A stretch of DNA of 64,000 bases from an uncultured Eubacteriales bacterium (GTDB lineage: Bacteria; Bacillota; Clostridia; Monoglobales; CAYZNM01): NCBI GenBank assembly GCA_964479875.1, contig CAYZNM010000010.1, forward strand, positions 25,794 through 89,793. The letters run 5' to 3'. Positions 1 to 8,777 of the stretch are shown here, piece by piece (within the stretch, counting starts at the first letter, position 1; the number at the start of each line of letters is the position of its first letter). The notes under the pieces are model-generated. The model was given only the letters and a program-made list of their open reading frames with translations. It did no database searches and had not been told where the DNA came from. A program made the position numbers and the translations under genes.

Positions 1-377
1 TTCCACAATGATGTGAATTCTGCTTCGTACTTTTGCGCGACGTTCATGCACCTTTCGGCGAACTCACTGCGTGGCAACGCGTTCGCGCGTATGCCCTCGT
101 CGCGCTCAACGAGCCGCTCTGTCGGCAGTCCATTGTCGTCGAAGCCGAACGGATAGAATACGTTGTGCCCATTCATTCGGCGAAAGCGCGCAATCATCTC
201 CGCCTGCGTATATGAAAACAAATGCCCAATGTGCAAGCTTCCGCTAACAGTCGGCGGTGGTGTATCGATTGAGTAAATCTCGCCCGCCGCGTTTTTGTCA
301 AACCGATACGTTTCATCACGCTGCCAAAGCTCCTGCATTTGCCTTTCAATCTCCGTGAAATTGTAATGCTTTTCCAT
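1..377 (-). CDS. valS: Valyl-tRNA synthetase, archaeal-like type, 5' part (continues off window)
   Basis: Manual translation MEKHYNFTEIERQMQELW...SIDTPPPTVSGSLHIGHLFSYTQAEMIARFRRMNG...FYPFGFDDNGLPTER; HIGH motif; GGAGG RBS; not in ORF track because it is truncated. Confidence 0.92.
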   Translation of the reverse strand, partial: MEKHYNFTEIERQMQELWQRDETYRFDKNAAGEIYSIDTPPPTVSGSLHIGHLFSYTQAEMIARFRRMNGHNVFYPFGFDDNGLPTERLVERDEGIRANALPRSEFAERCMNVAQKYEAEFTSLW

Positions 378-401
378 AATAACCTCCGATTTTAGATTAC
401 C

Positions 402-700
402 GAATACAATAAAAAGTCCCAAGCAGATAATCTGCTTGGGACGAACATTATTGCCCGCGGTACCACCCAAATTCAGAGGTTTCTCCCCTGCACTTTGCCG
501 ATACGGGATAAGGCTGCGCAAAGCAGCGATATCCGATATCGCTTTCCCTATAACGGTGGAAATTCCGTTGAAGCCTACTAAGAAAACTCCGTTCGGTTCA
601 CAGCTCAGAGGCTACCTTCCGCACTTCCTCACGGGAGCTTACACCGGCCGCTCCCTCTCTGCGCATTGGATTTGTGCGTACTCCTCCTCGTCAATGCCTT
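402..700 (-). promoter_or_regulatory. T-box riboswitch (Val specifier GUA) with terminator
   Basis: Minus strand: AGAGAG box and GGUGUAA loop in stem I, GAAG-GUA-GC specifier (613-615), AATTTGGGTGGTACCGCG T-box, hairpin GTCCCAAGCAGAT/ATCTGCTTGGGAC plus U-tract. Confidence 0.93.
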
Positions 701-720
701 TATTGTATTCAATTACTTAC

Positions 721-749
721 ATTATATAATAGTTTGGGAGGAAATGCAA
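721..749 (-). promoter_or_regulatory. sigmaA promoter of valS leader
   Basis: TTGCAT-17-TATAAT on minus strand. Confidence 0.7.
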
Positions 750-835
750 CTGTTTATTCGTTTGTTCGATTATAGCTTTTTCGCCCAAATGATTGCGCGG
801 TTGCCATCCACGCTTTCGTCGATGGGGCGATGGTC

Positions 836-2377
836 TTAGCCGCCGCATTCTCGTTCGATTGCAAAGCCTGCGTCGGCAAGCCATGCGTGCGCTTGCGCTA
901 GTGTGGGGTAATGCTTGAGATTTTCAAATGAGTAGGTGAAGGTGTTGCCGCTTGCCGGAGTTATTTCGTAGCGACGGCTGCTGCGTTTGTCCCTCTGCGA
1001 GATTACGTCATATTCGCCGCCTACTACTATGAATTTGCCGTAGGTGCCGCGGTCGTCTACGCCCTCGAATACTGTCCACTCGCCGTCGGATACTGGGTTG
1101 GTGCGTTTGTGGCAGCCGAAGTCTAGGTGGAGATGACCGCCTTGTTTTAGCGCGGCTGCTGCTTTTTGAATAAACAATTGCTGCGCTTCTGCGTAGTCGG
1201 CGTCGGTGACGATGTTGATTAGGATATTTCCGGCGAGGACTACTGCGTCGTAGCCGCTGCCCCAATCGTCAAGCAGTGCGTTGGCGTAGTGGCAGCTTGC
1301 GTTGTCCATTCCTGCTATTTTCATCTTGCAGCGTTCGAGCATGTATTTGTCGATGTCGAAGCCTGTGACGGTATGCCCTGCCTTTGCCAGGGGCGCGAGT
1401 ATACGTCCGCCGCCGCACGCTACTTCCAATACATTGCGCGGTTCGCTGCCGATGGTTTTTTGCATGAACTCGACTTCTTCAGCTTGGATTACCTGCTGCT
1501 CGTAGATGTAGGCGTACCAATGCCCCTTGATTTCCTCTTGTTCGGGAGTGAGTGCGCGGTCGCGGACTTTACGCGCCCATATGATGTCCCAGCCTTGCTT
1601 TCCCTCGAAGGGTGCGCGGTTGCAGTCGCCGTATTCGTGTTCGATTACAAAGCCTGCGTTCGCAAGCCAACCGTGTACTTCTTCTCGTGTGCATACGTAT
1701 TTGTAGCCGAATTCCGGTACGATGTGCTTTGCGCCGTCGGGAGTTGTAAGTTCGGCGTGCAGATTCCATGTCGCAATGCGCGTTATTGGATTGTAGCGTC
1801 CGCCGTAGTTGTAGATTTCGCCGTACACGCCTGCGTCGTCTGTGCCTTTGTAGTTTATCGTGCCGTTGTTATTTGAGTTGAAAATTTCTTCGGGCGCGGG
1901 ATAGTTGTCGAATGTGAGGAAGAAGTGTCCGCCTACCTTTAGCGCGTCCGACGCCTTTTCGATAAGCAGCATTTGAGCGGCTTTATCGTCCTCGCGATTT
2001 GTGATGTTCATCAGCGTATTGTCGCCGAGTACGACTACATCGTAGCCGCTGCCCCAATCCGTGGTGAGTGCGTCCGCGTGCGTATAGGTGAGGTTGTGCA
2101 GCCCTTGCGCTTTTGCGGGAATCCGCGCGAGCATACCCTCGTCTATGTCTATGCCTGTCGCGGTATGCCCTGCCTGTGCCAACGGCACAAGTGCGCGACC
2201 TGTGCCGCAGCATACTTCAAATAAATTCTGCGACTGTTCGCCTATTAAATCCAGCAGCAGCTTTACGTCCTTGGTGTCGTTCTCGAATTGGTCGTACACA
2301 CAGCCCCACCAATGCTTGCGCATATTCATAACATCAGTTGTATTAGTTATTTCCTTACTTGTTTGATTACTTAACAT
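836..2377 (-). CDS. Tandem two-domain class I SAM-dependent methyltransferase; second domain cut by an in-frame TAA (frame continues to 770)
   Basis: Two copies of motif I (EVCCGTGR, EVACGGGR) and DWGSGYD.VVL; frame after the TAA reads DHRPIDESVDGNRAIIWAKKL, matching the domain 1 end DIIWARK. Confidence 0.85.
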   Translation of the reverse strand: MLSNQTSKEITNTTDVMNMRKHWWGCVYDQFENDTKDVKLLLDLIGEQSQNLFEVCCGTGRALVPLAQAGHTATGIDIDEGMLARIPAKAQGLHNLTYTHADALTTDWGSGYDVVVLGDNTLMNITNREDDKAAQMLLIEKASDALKVGGHFFLTFDNYPAPEEIFNSNNNGTINYKGTDDAGVYGEIYNYGGRYNPITRIATWNLHAELTTPDGAKHIVPEFGYKYVCTREEVHGWLANAGFVIEHEYGDCNRAPFEGKQGWDIIWARKVRDRALTPEQEEIKGHWYAYIYEQQVIQAEEVEFMQKTIGSEPRNVLEVACGGGRILAPLAKAGHTVTGFDIDKYMLERCKMKIAGMDNASCHYANALLDDWGSGYDAVVLAGNILINIVTDADYAEAQQLFIQKAAAALKQGGHLHLDFGCHKRTNPVSDGEWTVFEGVDDRGTYGKFIVVGGEYDVISQRDKRSSRRYEITPASGNTFTYSFENLKHYPTLAQAHAWLADAGFAIERECGG

Positions 2378-2402
2378 ATATCCTCCAAATTTTTACGGAG
2401 GG

Positions 2403-2459
2403 TTAAATTATAGTCGCCCTCCTGTTTTTGATGATTGCGATGTTAAATGAATAAGTCAT
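2403..2459 (-). promoter_or_regulatory. Putative leader peptide MTYSFNIAIIKNRRATII with anti-SD switch
   Basis: AAAGGA RBS; GGAGGG in the uORF and the GGAGG RBS of the methyltransferase can both pair with CCCTCC just after the uORF stop. Confidence 0.6.
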
Positions 2460-2515
2460 GTCAATCAGTCCTTTCGCGGAAATTTTTATATTATAACGCC
2501 GAGGCGGTATAAACG

Positions 2516-4240
2516 TTATTTTTGAAACTCGACTATGCTCATGCGTGTGAGTGCCGCTAGCATATCGGGTAAATGCGGCAATTCCAGTACATCAGGTATG
2601 GCGAATGCAGAGCTTAGCAGGAAGGAGAAATTTTCGTTGCGTATTTTATCGTATACCGATTTAACCTCTGTCATCAAGTTAATGGGTTTTCCTGCGCAGC
2701 GTGCGGAGATGTATCTGCAAATCCACACTATTGCGGCGATTTGTTCGTCGGACACAATCGATTCAATGCGTGCTACGTCTGCTTTGATGTCGCCGACGTG
2801 TATTAGTGCGCCGTCGACTTTTAAGCCTTCCTTTAACTTTCCGCTTTCGGCGTTGCGTGTGAACGCGGTGAAGGTGTCGGGCGCAAGAATGCGCGGCTGC
2901 GTCCAACGGATAGTGCGTGTGTCGCGAACGTCGAAATATTCGTAGGGGTGGATGCGGTGCTGCTCCGCTTGTTCCCGGAAGTTGCTTATGCGGAAGTTTT
3001 CCATAAAGTAGAGGTTGTCGGCTATGTCGAGATACTCGCTGCTTCCGCCGATTATCAGCACGGTTGAAACTCCTGCTTCGCGATAAAGCTGCCGCACGCG
3101 GTCGGTGAAGGGGATGATGGGGTCGTTTTGGATAAGCTGCTTCATGCGTGCGTCGCGTATCATGAAGTTGGTCGCCGTTCTGTCCTCGTCGACTAAGAGT
3201 AGTTTGCAGCCGAAGGCGATTGCTTCCATTATGTTGGAGGCTTGGGACGTGCTGCCGCTTGCGTGTTCGGTGGAAAAGCGCGACATGTTCATGTGCGGTG
3301 AGCTGCGGATGAAGGGCGAGATGTCGAGTGAACCTACGCGGCGTCCGTCCTCTGCTATGATTTTGAAGCAGTCGGTGTCCGTAAGGCAATATTCGCGGCC
3401 GTCGCCGGGAATGTGGTCGTATATGCCGCGCAGCATTGCGTTGAGCAGTGTGCTTTTGCCTGAGTAGCCGCCGCCTGTGATTACGGTTACGCCGCGCTTT
3501 ACTGCCATGCCGCTGATGTTTGTGCCGTCGGATAGTTCGAGGGTGACTTCGTCTTGGGGTGGAGATGTGAAGCGTACGGCTGTTGGAAGCGGCAGGTCGG
3601 ACAGTTCCTTTCGCGGCAGTATGCTTCCGTTTGCGATAAACGCGACGTATCCGCGGTCGCGCATGATTGCGCGAATTTCGCGCTGACGCTTTTGTGCGGC
3701 GATTCGCTCTGCGCACAATACGCGATTGAAGTTGTTGATTGTGTCGCGGATAGCTTTTGCAAGCTCCTTGCGAACGATTCGCACCGAGAGCTTTCCGTTT
3801 ACGACAGTGCGCTTCTCCATCATATAGACGGGGAAACGGATTTTCAGCGTCAGGTGTAGCATATCGTCGGCGATGTACGCGCTGTTTCGCGGAAGCACAG
3901 TTTGCCCCGGGGCGTGATATATTATCTTTCCTGTAAACTTTTCTTTCTTGGAATCGTGCGTCTTTGCCAATTCGATTGCCTGCAATCGGCGGCAGAATAG
4001 CCGTAGTGCAAAGTCCGCAATCGCATTATCCGCCGATGTATCGCGTTCAGGGAAAAGTCTATCCATCGGAATCGAGATGATAAAGCGCACGATTTCGGGC
4101 GTGGTTCGGTGTGTTTCCTCGCATGTAATTTGTGTGTCTTCAAATTGGTATACATTTCCGTAATTATTAGTATAAAGCTTGCGCAGCGACGAAACGTCGC
4201 TAAGGTCGCAATTACCTAAAATCTTGATAAGTCTGTTCAT
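2516..4240 (-). CDS. ABC-class ATPase domain protein (COG3044/PF09818-like)
   Basis: AFIANGSILPR, Walker A GGGYSGKST, ASGSTSQA, Walker B LLVDEDRTATNFMIRDARM; start moved to MNRLIK (GGGAG RBS). Confidence 0.85.
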   Translation of the reverse strand: MNRLIKILGNCDLSDVSSLRKLYTNNYGNVYQFEDTQITCEETHRTTPEIVRFIISIPMDRLFPERDTSADNAIADFALRLFCRRLQAIELAKTHDSKKEKFTGKIIYHAPGQTVLPRNSAYIADDMLHLTLKIRFPVYMMEKRTVVNGKLSVRIVRKELAKAIRDTINNFNRVLCAERIAAQKRQREIRAIMRDRGYVAFIANGSILPRKELSDLPLPTAVRFTSPPQDEVTLELSDGTNISGMAVKRGVTVITGGGYSGKSTLLNAMLRGIYDHIPGDGREYCLTDTDCFKIIAEDGRRVGSLDISPFIRSSPHMNMSRFSTEHASGSTSQASNIMEAIAFGCKLLLVDEDRTATNFMIRDARMKQLIQNDPIIPFTDRVRQLYREAGVSTVLIIGGSSEYLDIADNLYFMENFRISNFREQAEQHRIHPYEYFDVRDTRTIRWTQPRILAPDTFTAFTRNAESGKLKEGLKVDGALIHVGDIKADVARIESIVSDEQIAAIVWICRYISARCAGKPINLMTEVKSVYDKIRNENFSFLLSSAFAIPDVLELPHLPDMLAALTRMSIVEFQK

Positions 4241-4565
4241 ACAATAATCTCCCGTTAGTTTTGGGCGTGAAAAAGCCGCAGGGCAGCAGCCTTTATGCAA
4301 TCCAAACAAATTATCGGATTGGGCTACTACCGCTGCGGCTGTATATTTAAATGCAGCACAAGCGTTTTGGGTATAAAAATAACACACCCAAAAGTGTGCC
4401 TATCAGCCCATAGCTATAGTATTCACAAAAGGTCACTTTGCGGCACGACAAATAAATGTGAGCTTGCTCATTTTTTCATCACGCCATATTCAGTTTTAAG
4501 CTAAAACTACCTCTTGTGTTTTTTTCATTGTCATGAACTCCTTTCGTGCGCCGTGTTGCGGCTAT
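4241..4565 (-). promoter_or_regulatory. Long structured leader with uORF(s) and two terminator-like hairpins (attenuator)
   Basis: uORF MTMKKTQEVVLA 4496-4534 with AAAGGAG RBS; hairpin GCACAC/GTGTGT plus T-tract ~4375-4405; long hairpin AGCCGCAG...CTGCGGCT-TTTT ~4270-4340. Confidence 0.65.
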
Positions 4566-4572
4566 TTGGTTT

Positions 4573-4601
4573 ATTATAGCATATGTGAGCGGAAAATGCA
4601 A
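4573..4601 (-). promoter_or_regulatory. sigmaA promoter with extended -10
   Basis: TTGCAT-17-TATAAT with TG. Confidence 0.7.
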
Positions 4602-4617
4602 TAGTTTTTTCATAAAT

Positions 4618-4650
4618 AAAAACCATAACCGCAGTTGGTTATGGTTTTTT
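4618..4650 (-). terminator. Intrinsic terminator of the sugar ABC operon
   Basis: AAAAACCATAACC/GGTTATGGTTTTT hairpin right after the last permease stop. Confidence 0.75.
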
Positions 4651-4653
4651 GGG

Positions 4654-5592
4654 TTATTCGCCTGTGATACCGGCTCTGTCTATGCTTTCGACTAGCTTTT
4701 GTTCGACTATGGCGTAGAGGACGATTAGTGGGGCGATGGTGATTAGGACGGCGGACATGCGTACGGCTTCGTTTAGGCGAAGCATGTGTTCGGCAGATGT
4801 GCCTGCTGCGCGGAACATGTTTTCGTAGTTGGTTGTGAAGCGTTCGAGTAGCAGCGGCATTGTCTTAATCGTCGTGTCGAAGTACATGCCGGCTAGGTAG
4901 GTTTCGTTCCAGTGCCATACGAACGAGAATACGAATACTACTATTATCGCAGGGGCGGCAAGCGCCATGTTGATGCGCAGGAATACCTTGAAAAAGCCGG
5001 CGCCGTCTACGTATGCTGCCTCGTCCAGTGACTTTGGGGTGAGGCGGAAGAATTGGTAGAAGATTAAGATGAATATTGCGTTTTTAAGTCCGTTGCCGAG
5101 CACCGCCGGGATTAGGAAGGGGAAGAAGGTTTTCAGCATGTTGTAGTCGCGGAACATGATGTAGCGCGGAAGCATTGTTACCTGTTCGGGTATGATGAAG
5201 GTCATCAGCATTACGCCGAACAGCAGCGTTATAAGCTTTGTCGGATACTTCGCGAAGCCGTAGCCTACAACTGCGGCGGAAAATGTTTGCGCTGCTGCGA
5301 TTGCTAGGAACATGAGCGTCGAGGACACGATTGTGTTCATGCCGCCCATTACTATCCACGCGCGGCGGAAGTTCTCGAAAAATAGCTGCGACGGAATCCA
5401 GCGCACGAGCGGATTAAGCAAGTCGCGCGGATTCTTTAGTCCCTCCGACAGCATTGTTAGTATAGGAAGGAGGAATACAAAGCTTATCGAAATAATCATA
5501 ACATACAGGAACAGCGTCAGCAATATCGCAGGCTTTTCCTTGCTGCCGTAGAATATTTTCTTTATGGTTTTTTGAGCAAGCCTGTTTGTCAT
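4654..5592 (-). CDS. Carbohydrate ABC transporter permease (MalG-like)
   Basis: EAA loop LDEAAYVDGAG, multiple TM segments. Confidence 0.92.
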   Translation of the reverse strand: MTNRLAQKTIKKIFYGSKEKPAILLTLFLYVMIISISFVFLLPILTMLSEGLKNPRDLLNPLVRWIPSQLFFENFRRAWIVMGGMNTIVSSTLMFLAIAAAQTFSAAVVGYGFAKYPTKLITLLFGVMLMTFIIPEQVTMLPRYIMFRDYNMLKTFFPFLIPAVLGNGLKNAIFILIFYQFFRLTPKSLDEAAYVDGAGFFKVFLRINMALAAPAIIVVFVFSFVWHWNETYLAGMYFDTTIKTMPLLLERFTTNYENMFRAAGTSAEHMLRLNEAVRMSAVLITIAPLIVLYAIVEQKLVESIDRAGITGE

Positions 5593-5595
5593 AGT

Positions 5596-6540
5596 TTACC
5601 TCTTTCCTAAAAAGCGCGTGGACATGTATACCTTTTGCTTTGGCTCGAAGCCGAAGGCGAAGTATGCAATCAGCACGGCGACTAGCATTACGGCAAAGTA
5701 TATCCATGATGTTGCTGCGGCAAAGCCGAAGCCCTGCTGCGGATTGAACATCGCTTTTTGGATAAATGTGATGATTGGGTTTTGTCCGTTCATCGATACC
5801 TCGACGATTGTGTATATCGCGTTGAGGAGGAAGAAGGGGCGCATTACAGGAAGCGTTATTCGCCAGAAGCATTGCCAGCCGCTTGCTCCGTCAACTGCTG
5901 CCGCTTCATAAATTGACTTATCCGACTTTTGCAGTCCGGATAGGAATAGCAGTATTTGTACGCCGCAGAACCATAGGATTAGCACTACGTTTTGGAAGAT
6001 GTAGAGTATCGGCGCGGCGACCATGGGGGGCAGCGACATTTGTAGGAATTTGTACACGGGGAAGTCGACCATTCCTGCGAGGGTTGTCGCGCCCATTGTG
6101 CTTAGGCTTGTTACAACAGGTCCGCTCATGATGATAACAGGGAGGAAGAATATTGCGCGGTAGATTTTGCGCAGCTTTAGCTTTTGGTTGAGCATGAGTG
6201 CTAGCAATATTGAGAACACGAGTATCATGGGGACGAATGTCGCTAGGTTGAAGATGTACTGCGGCAATGCCAATTTGAAGGTGGGGTCGGTCATTATTAC
6301 GTCGGAGAAGTTTTTGAAGCCGACGCTTTTAAGGTTTATGCCTTGGAGCAGGAACTCGACCTTGCTTATGCTGTACTGCACCGATGAATATAGGGGGAAG
6401 GCTGTGAACATCACGAAGCCTACAATCCACGGCATGATGAAGCCTAGACCGATGAATAGGTTTTTGTGCTTGCCCATGAATCTTTTGATAAAGGAGATTG
6501 GCGATTTGGAGAAGCTTAATTGCTTGGCTTTTGGCTTCAT
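5596..6540 (-). CDS. Carbohydrate ABC transporter permease (MalF-like)
   Basis: IYEAAAVDGASGWQCFWRITLP, PWIVGF. Confidence 0.92.
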   Translation of the reverse strand: MKPKAKQLSFSKSPISFIKRFMGKHKNLFIGLGFIMPWIVGFVMFTAFPLYSSVQYSISKVEFLLQGINLKSVGFKNFSDVIMTDPTFKLALPQYIFNLATFVPMILVFSILLALMLNQKLKLRKIYRAIFFLPVIIMSGPVVTSLSTMGATTLAGMVDFPVYKFLQMSLPPMVAAPILYIFQNVVLILWFCGVQILLFLSGLQKSDKSIYEAAAVDGASGWQCFWRITLPVMRPFFLLNAIYTIVEVSMNGQNPIITFIQKAMFNPQQGFGFAAATSWIYFAVMLVAVLIAYFAFGFEPKQKVYMSTRFLGKR

Positions 6541-8777
6541 CTTGTACCTCCTTTAATCAGCTTTGCTGAGATGGGGGGTATCGTTTCGTTTGCGTATTGC
6601 AGTGGTTCGTCGGTGTAGTTTACGGCGATTGTGCAGCCGTTTTCGTAGTCGTTGATTGCAAGTCCGTCTACCGGAGAGTGCCGCTTGTGGATTTTTACGC
6701 CCTCTACGGCTTGCATAATATCCTTCATGTAGGCGTAGGACTTAACGATGTTTTCTTCCCAATCATCGAAGCGTGAGGAGAATACGTTGTTGAGATTGGA
6801 AAGTGAGAGTTTGTTCGCAGGCTCTTCTGTTACGATGTAGCTTGGGTATACGCCGAAGTCGATTTGACGCAGCAGGTCGGATACTTGCCCTGTACCGTAA
6901 TTGAGTGCGTCGCCGTACATTGCTACGCTGCCTGACAATACCATTTGAAGGAAGGGGACGGCGTCCGTTTCGTAGATTAGGGCGGAGTGCGTCAGCGGTA
7001 GGTCGTAGGCGGCGGTCATTCCGCCGAATGCGTAGGCGTTGGGGGTGTATAGGGCGACTGTGTCGAAGGTGTCGCTTGCTTTTTGGAGTAAGTTTTGCGT
7101 TTCAGCCATTACTTGTTCGCGCATTAGGGGGGAGTTGTCTTTGAATTCGGAGTATAACTCTGAACCTAATCGTGCTAGTGCGGCGGAGCGCATGTATTGC
7201 GGCTTTTTGGCGAGTTTATCCAGCATTTGGTTTACGAAGCTTAGGCTTTGATAGTAGGATTGCTGATACAGCGGCTTCATTGGGTCGCGCTGGTCTATTG
7301 CGCTTCCGTTGGCGTGAAATGCTACGCTTCCGCGAATGTATTGGTTTTCGTAGCCGCGCTTGAAGTCGTGGTACAGTATGAGAGTGTCTTGCCCTTCCGA
7401 CAGTTTGTTGTAGAGGGAGGAGAGGGCTTTTTCGCCGCCGATTTTGCTTTCGACATTGATGTTGTCTAGCTTGTGGCCGTTTAGTCCGTTTGGCTCGTAG
7501 CCAATAAGCTGCATTGTCATGTTGTCGACGCCTTGGAGGCGTAAGCGGTTGACATAATCTTCTGCGTCCTTTAGCTTTGTCATGATTAGCAGTTGGTTTG
7601 TGATTGCGCCGCGTGCAGGTTCTGCCATGATTGTATCAAGCTTTATGCCGAACTTTACGTCGTTTTGCTTTAGAATCCCCTTTTGCTCGAGGTAGGAGCG
7701 GTATGTGCGCGCCATGCCTGAATAGTCTGCGTCGTCGCCTTGCAATAGGTAGTAGTGCATTTTGGCGTTGACAGAGTTGGAGTAGGGGAGCTGCGCTACG
7801 AAGCTTGGGGAGTTTTTGCCTGTGGGCTGTTGGTATGTGTCTTGGTAGATGAAGCGTGCGTTTACGTTGTTGTAGTCGGTGGTTTCGCCTGCGGGGCTTA
7901 GGGTTAGCTCCATGAAGGCGTCGCCGCTTTCGGCTACTGCGATAAAGGCGTTGTTGCCTACGCCGTGGACCATTCCGAAGATGGGCAGTGATAGGGTTTT
8001 GGGGTCGATTATCTGCGATATTACGCGTGAGGCTACGCCGTAGTCGTTGCCGTAGACGCGTCCGGAGAATCCGCTAAGGAAGTTTTTTGCTTCCGTGAAG
8101 CGTACGAGTGCGCCGCTTCCGTCAGGGATAAATGAGTAGCCGGGGATTTCGTCTTTGTATACTGCGCCGAAGAAGGGCATTACCGATATGCGCGCGGGAA
8201 TGTTTTCGCCTGTGCGCGTGATTGAAGCGTCGGGGATTTCGACTGATAGTCCGCTTTCGGTTAGCGTGAATATTGCTGTGAGCTTCGCCTCAGCTTCGGC
8301 AAATTCAACTTCGGTGGAAAAGCCGTTGCTGTTTAAGCTGAACGTGGGGCGAGTTTTGTCGCTGCGCGAGAGTGAGCGATTTAATCCGCCTGTAGCGTTG
8401 TAGTATTCGAGTATGAATGCGGACATTGCGTAGCGTTGCCACTCGTCGTTCATGCCTTCGGTTTTGTCTTGGGGGATTGCGCTTGACCAAATGTAGCCGT
8501 TGCGTTTGTCCTGTACCTTGACGAAAAATTCGTCTTGGTTTAGGTAGAGGGCGAAGTTTTTGTTTTCGCAAACTAGGCTGTCGGCTTGCTCGATTTCGTG
8601 GTATGGCTCGAATGTGCCTGTTTGGTCGGCGACTACGCTGTTTAGTATGGACAGCTGCCCCGGTGCAGGGTCGGCTACGAATGTGGGGGCGGCGTCGCTT
8701 GCGAATACTGCGAATGCAATAGCGGCGGTGATTATCGCCGCAGCTAGAATTATTAGCTTAATTTTACGTCCTGACAC
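6537..8777 (-). CDS. Exported DUF5696-like protein
   Basis: N-terminal TM/signal, FIPDGSGAL motif, position within the conserved ABC module. Confidence 0.7.
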   Translation of the reverse strand: MSGRKIKLIILAAAIITAAIAFAVFASDAAPTFVADPAPGQLSILNSVVADQTGTFEPYHEIEQADSLVCENKNFALYLNQDEFFVKVQDKRNGYIWSSAIPQDKTEGMNDEWQRYAMSAFILEYYNATGGLNRSLSRSDKTRPTFSLNSNGFSTEVEFAEAEAKLTAIFTLTESGLSVEIPDASITRTGENIPARISVMPFFGAVYKDEIPGYSFIPDGSGALVRFTEAKNFLSGFSGRVYGNDYGVASRVISQIIDPKTLSLPIFGMVHGVGNNAFIAVAESGDAFMELTLSPAGETTDYNNVNARFIYQDTYQQPTGKNSPSFVAQLPYSNSVNAKMHYYLLQGDDADYSGMARTYRSYLEQKGILKQNDVKFGIKLDTIMAEPARGAITNQLLIMTKLKDAEDYVNRLRLQGVDNMTMQLIGYEPNGLNGHKLDNINVESKIGGEKALSSLYNKLSEGQDTLILYHDFKRGYENQYIRGSVAFHANGSAIDQRDPMKPLYQQSYYQSLSFVNQMLDKLAKKPQYMRSAALARLGSELYSEFKDNSPLMREQVMAETQNLLQKASDTFDTVALYTPNAYAFGGMTAAYDLPLTHSALIYETDAVPFLQMVLSGSVAMYGDALNYGTGQVSDLLRQIDFGVYPSYIVTEEPANKLSLSNLNNVFSSRFDDWEENIVKSYAYMKDIMQAVEGVKIHKRHSPVDGLAINDYENGCTIAVNYTDEPLQYANETIPPISAKLIKGGTR

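Noticed and set aside
436-729. 97-aa + strand ORF
   Set aside because: Lies antisense across the T-box leader
2763-3716. 317-aa Arg-rich alternative-frame ORF inside the ATPase (and similar ones at 17248-18069, 26009-26584)
   Set aside because: Shadow of host codon bias; composition not protein-like
4241-4387. 49-aa N-terminal extension of the ATPase in the ORF track
   Set aside because: Overlaps attenuator hairpins; the RBS supports a start at 4240
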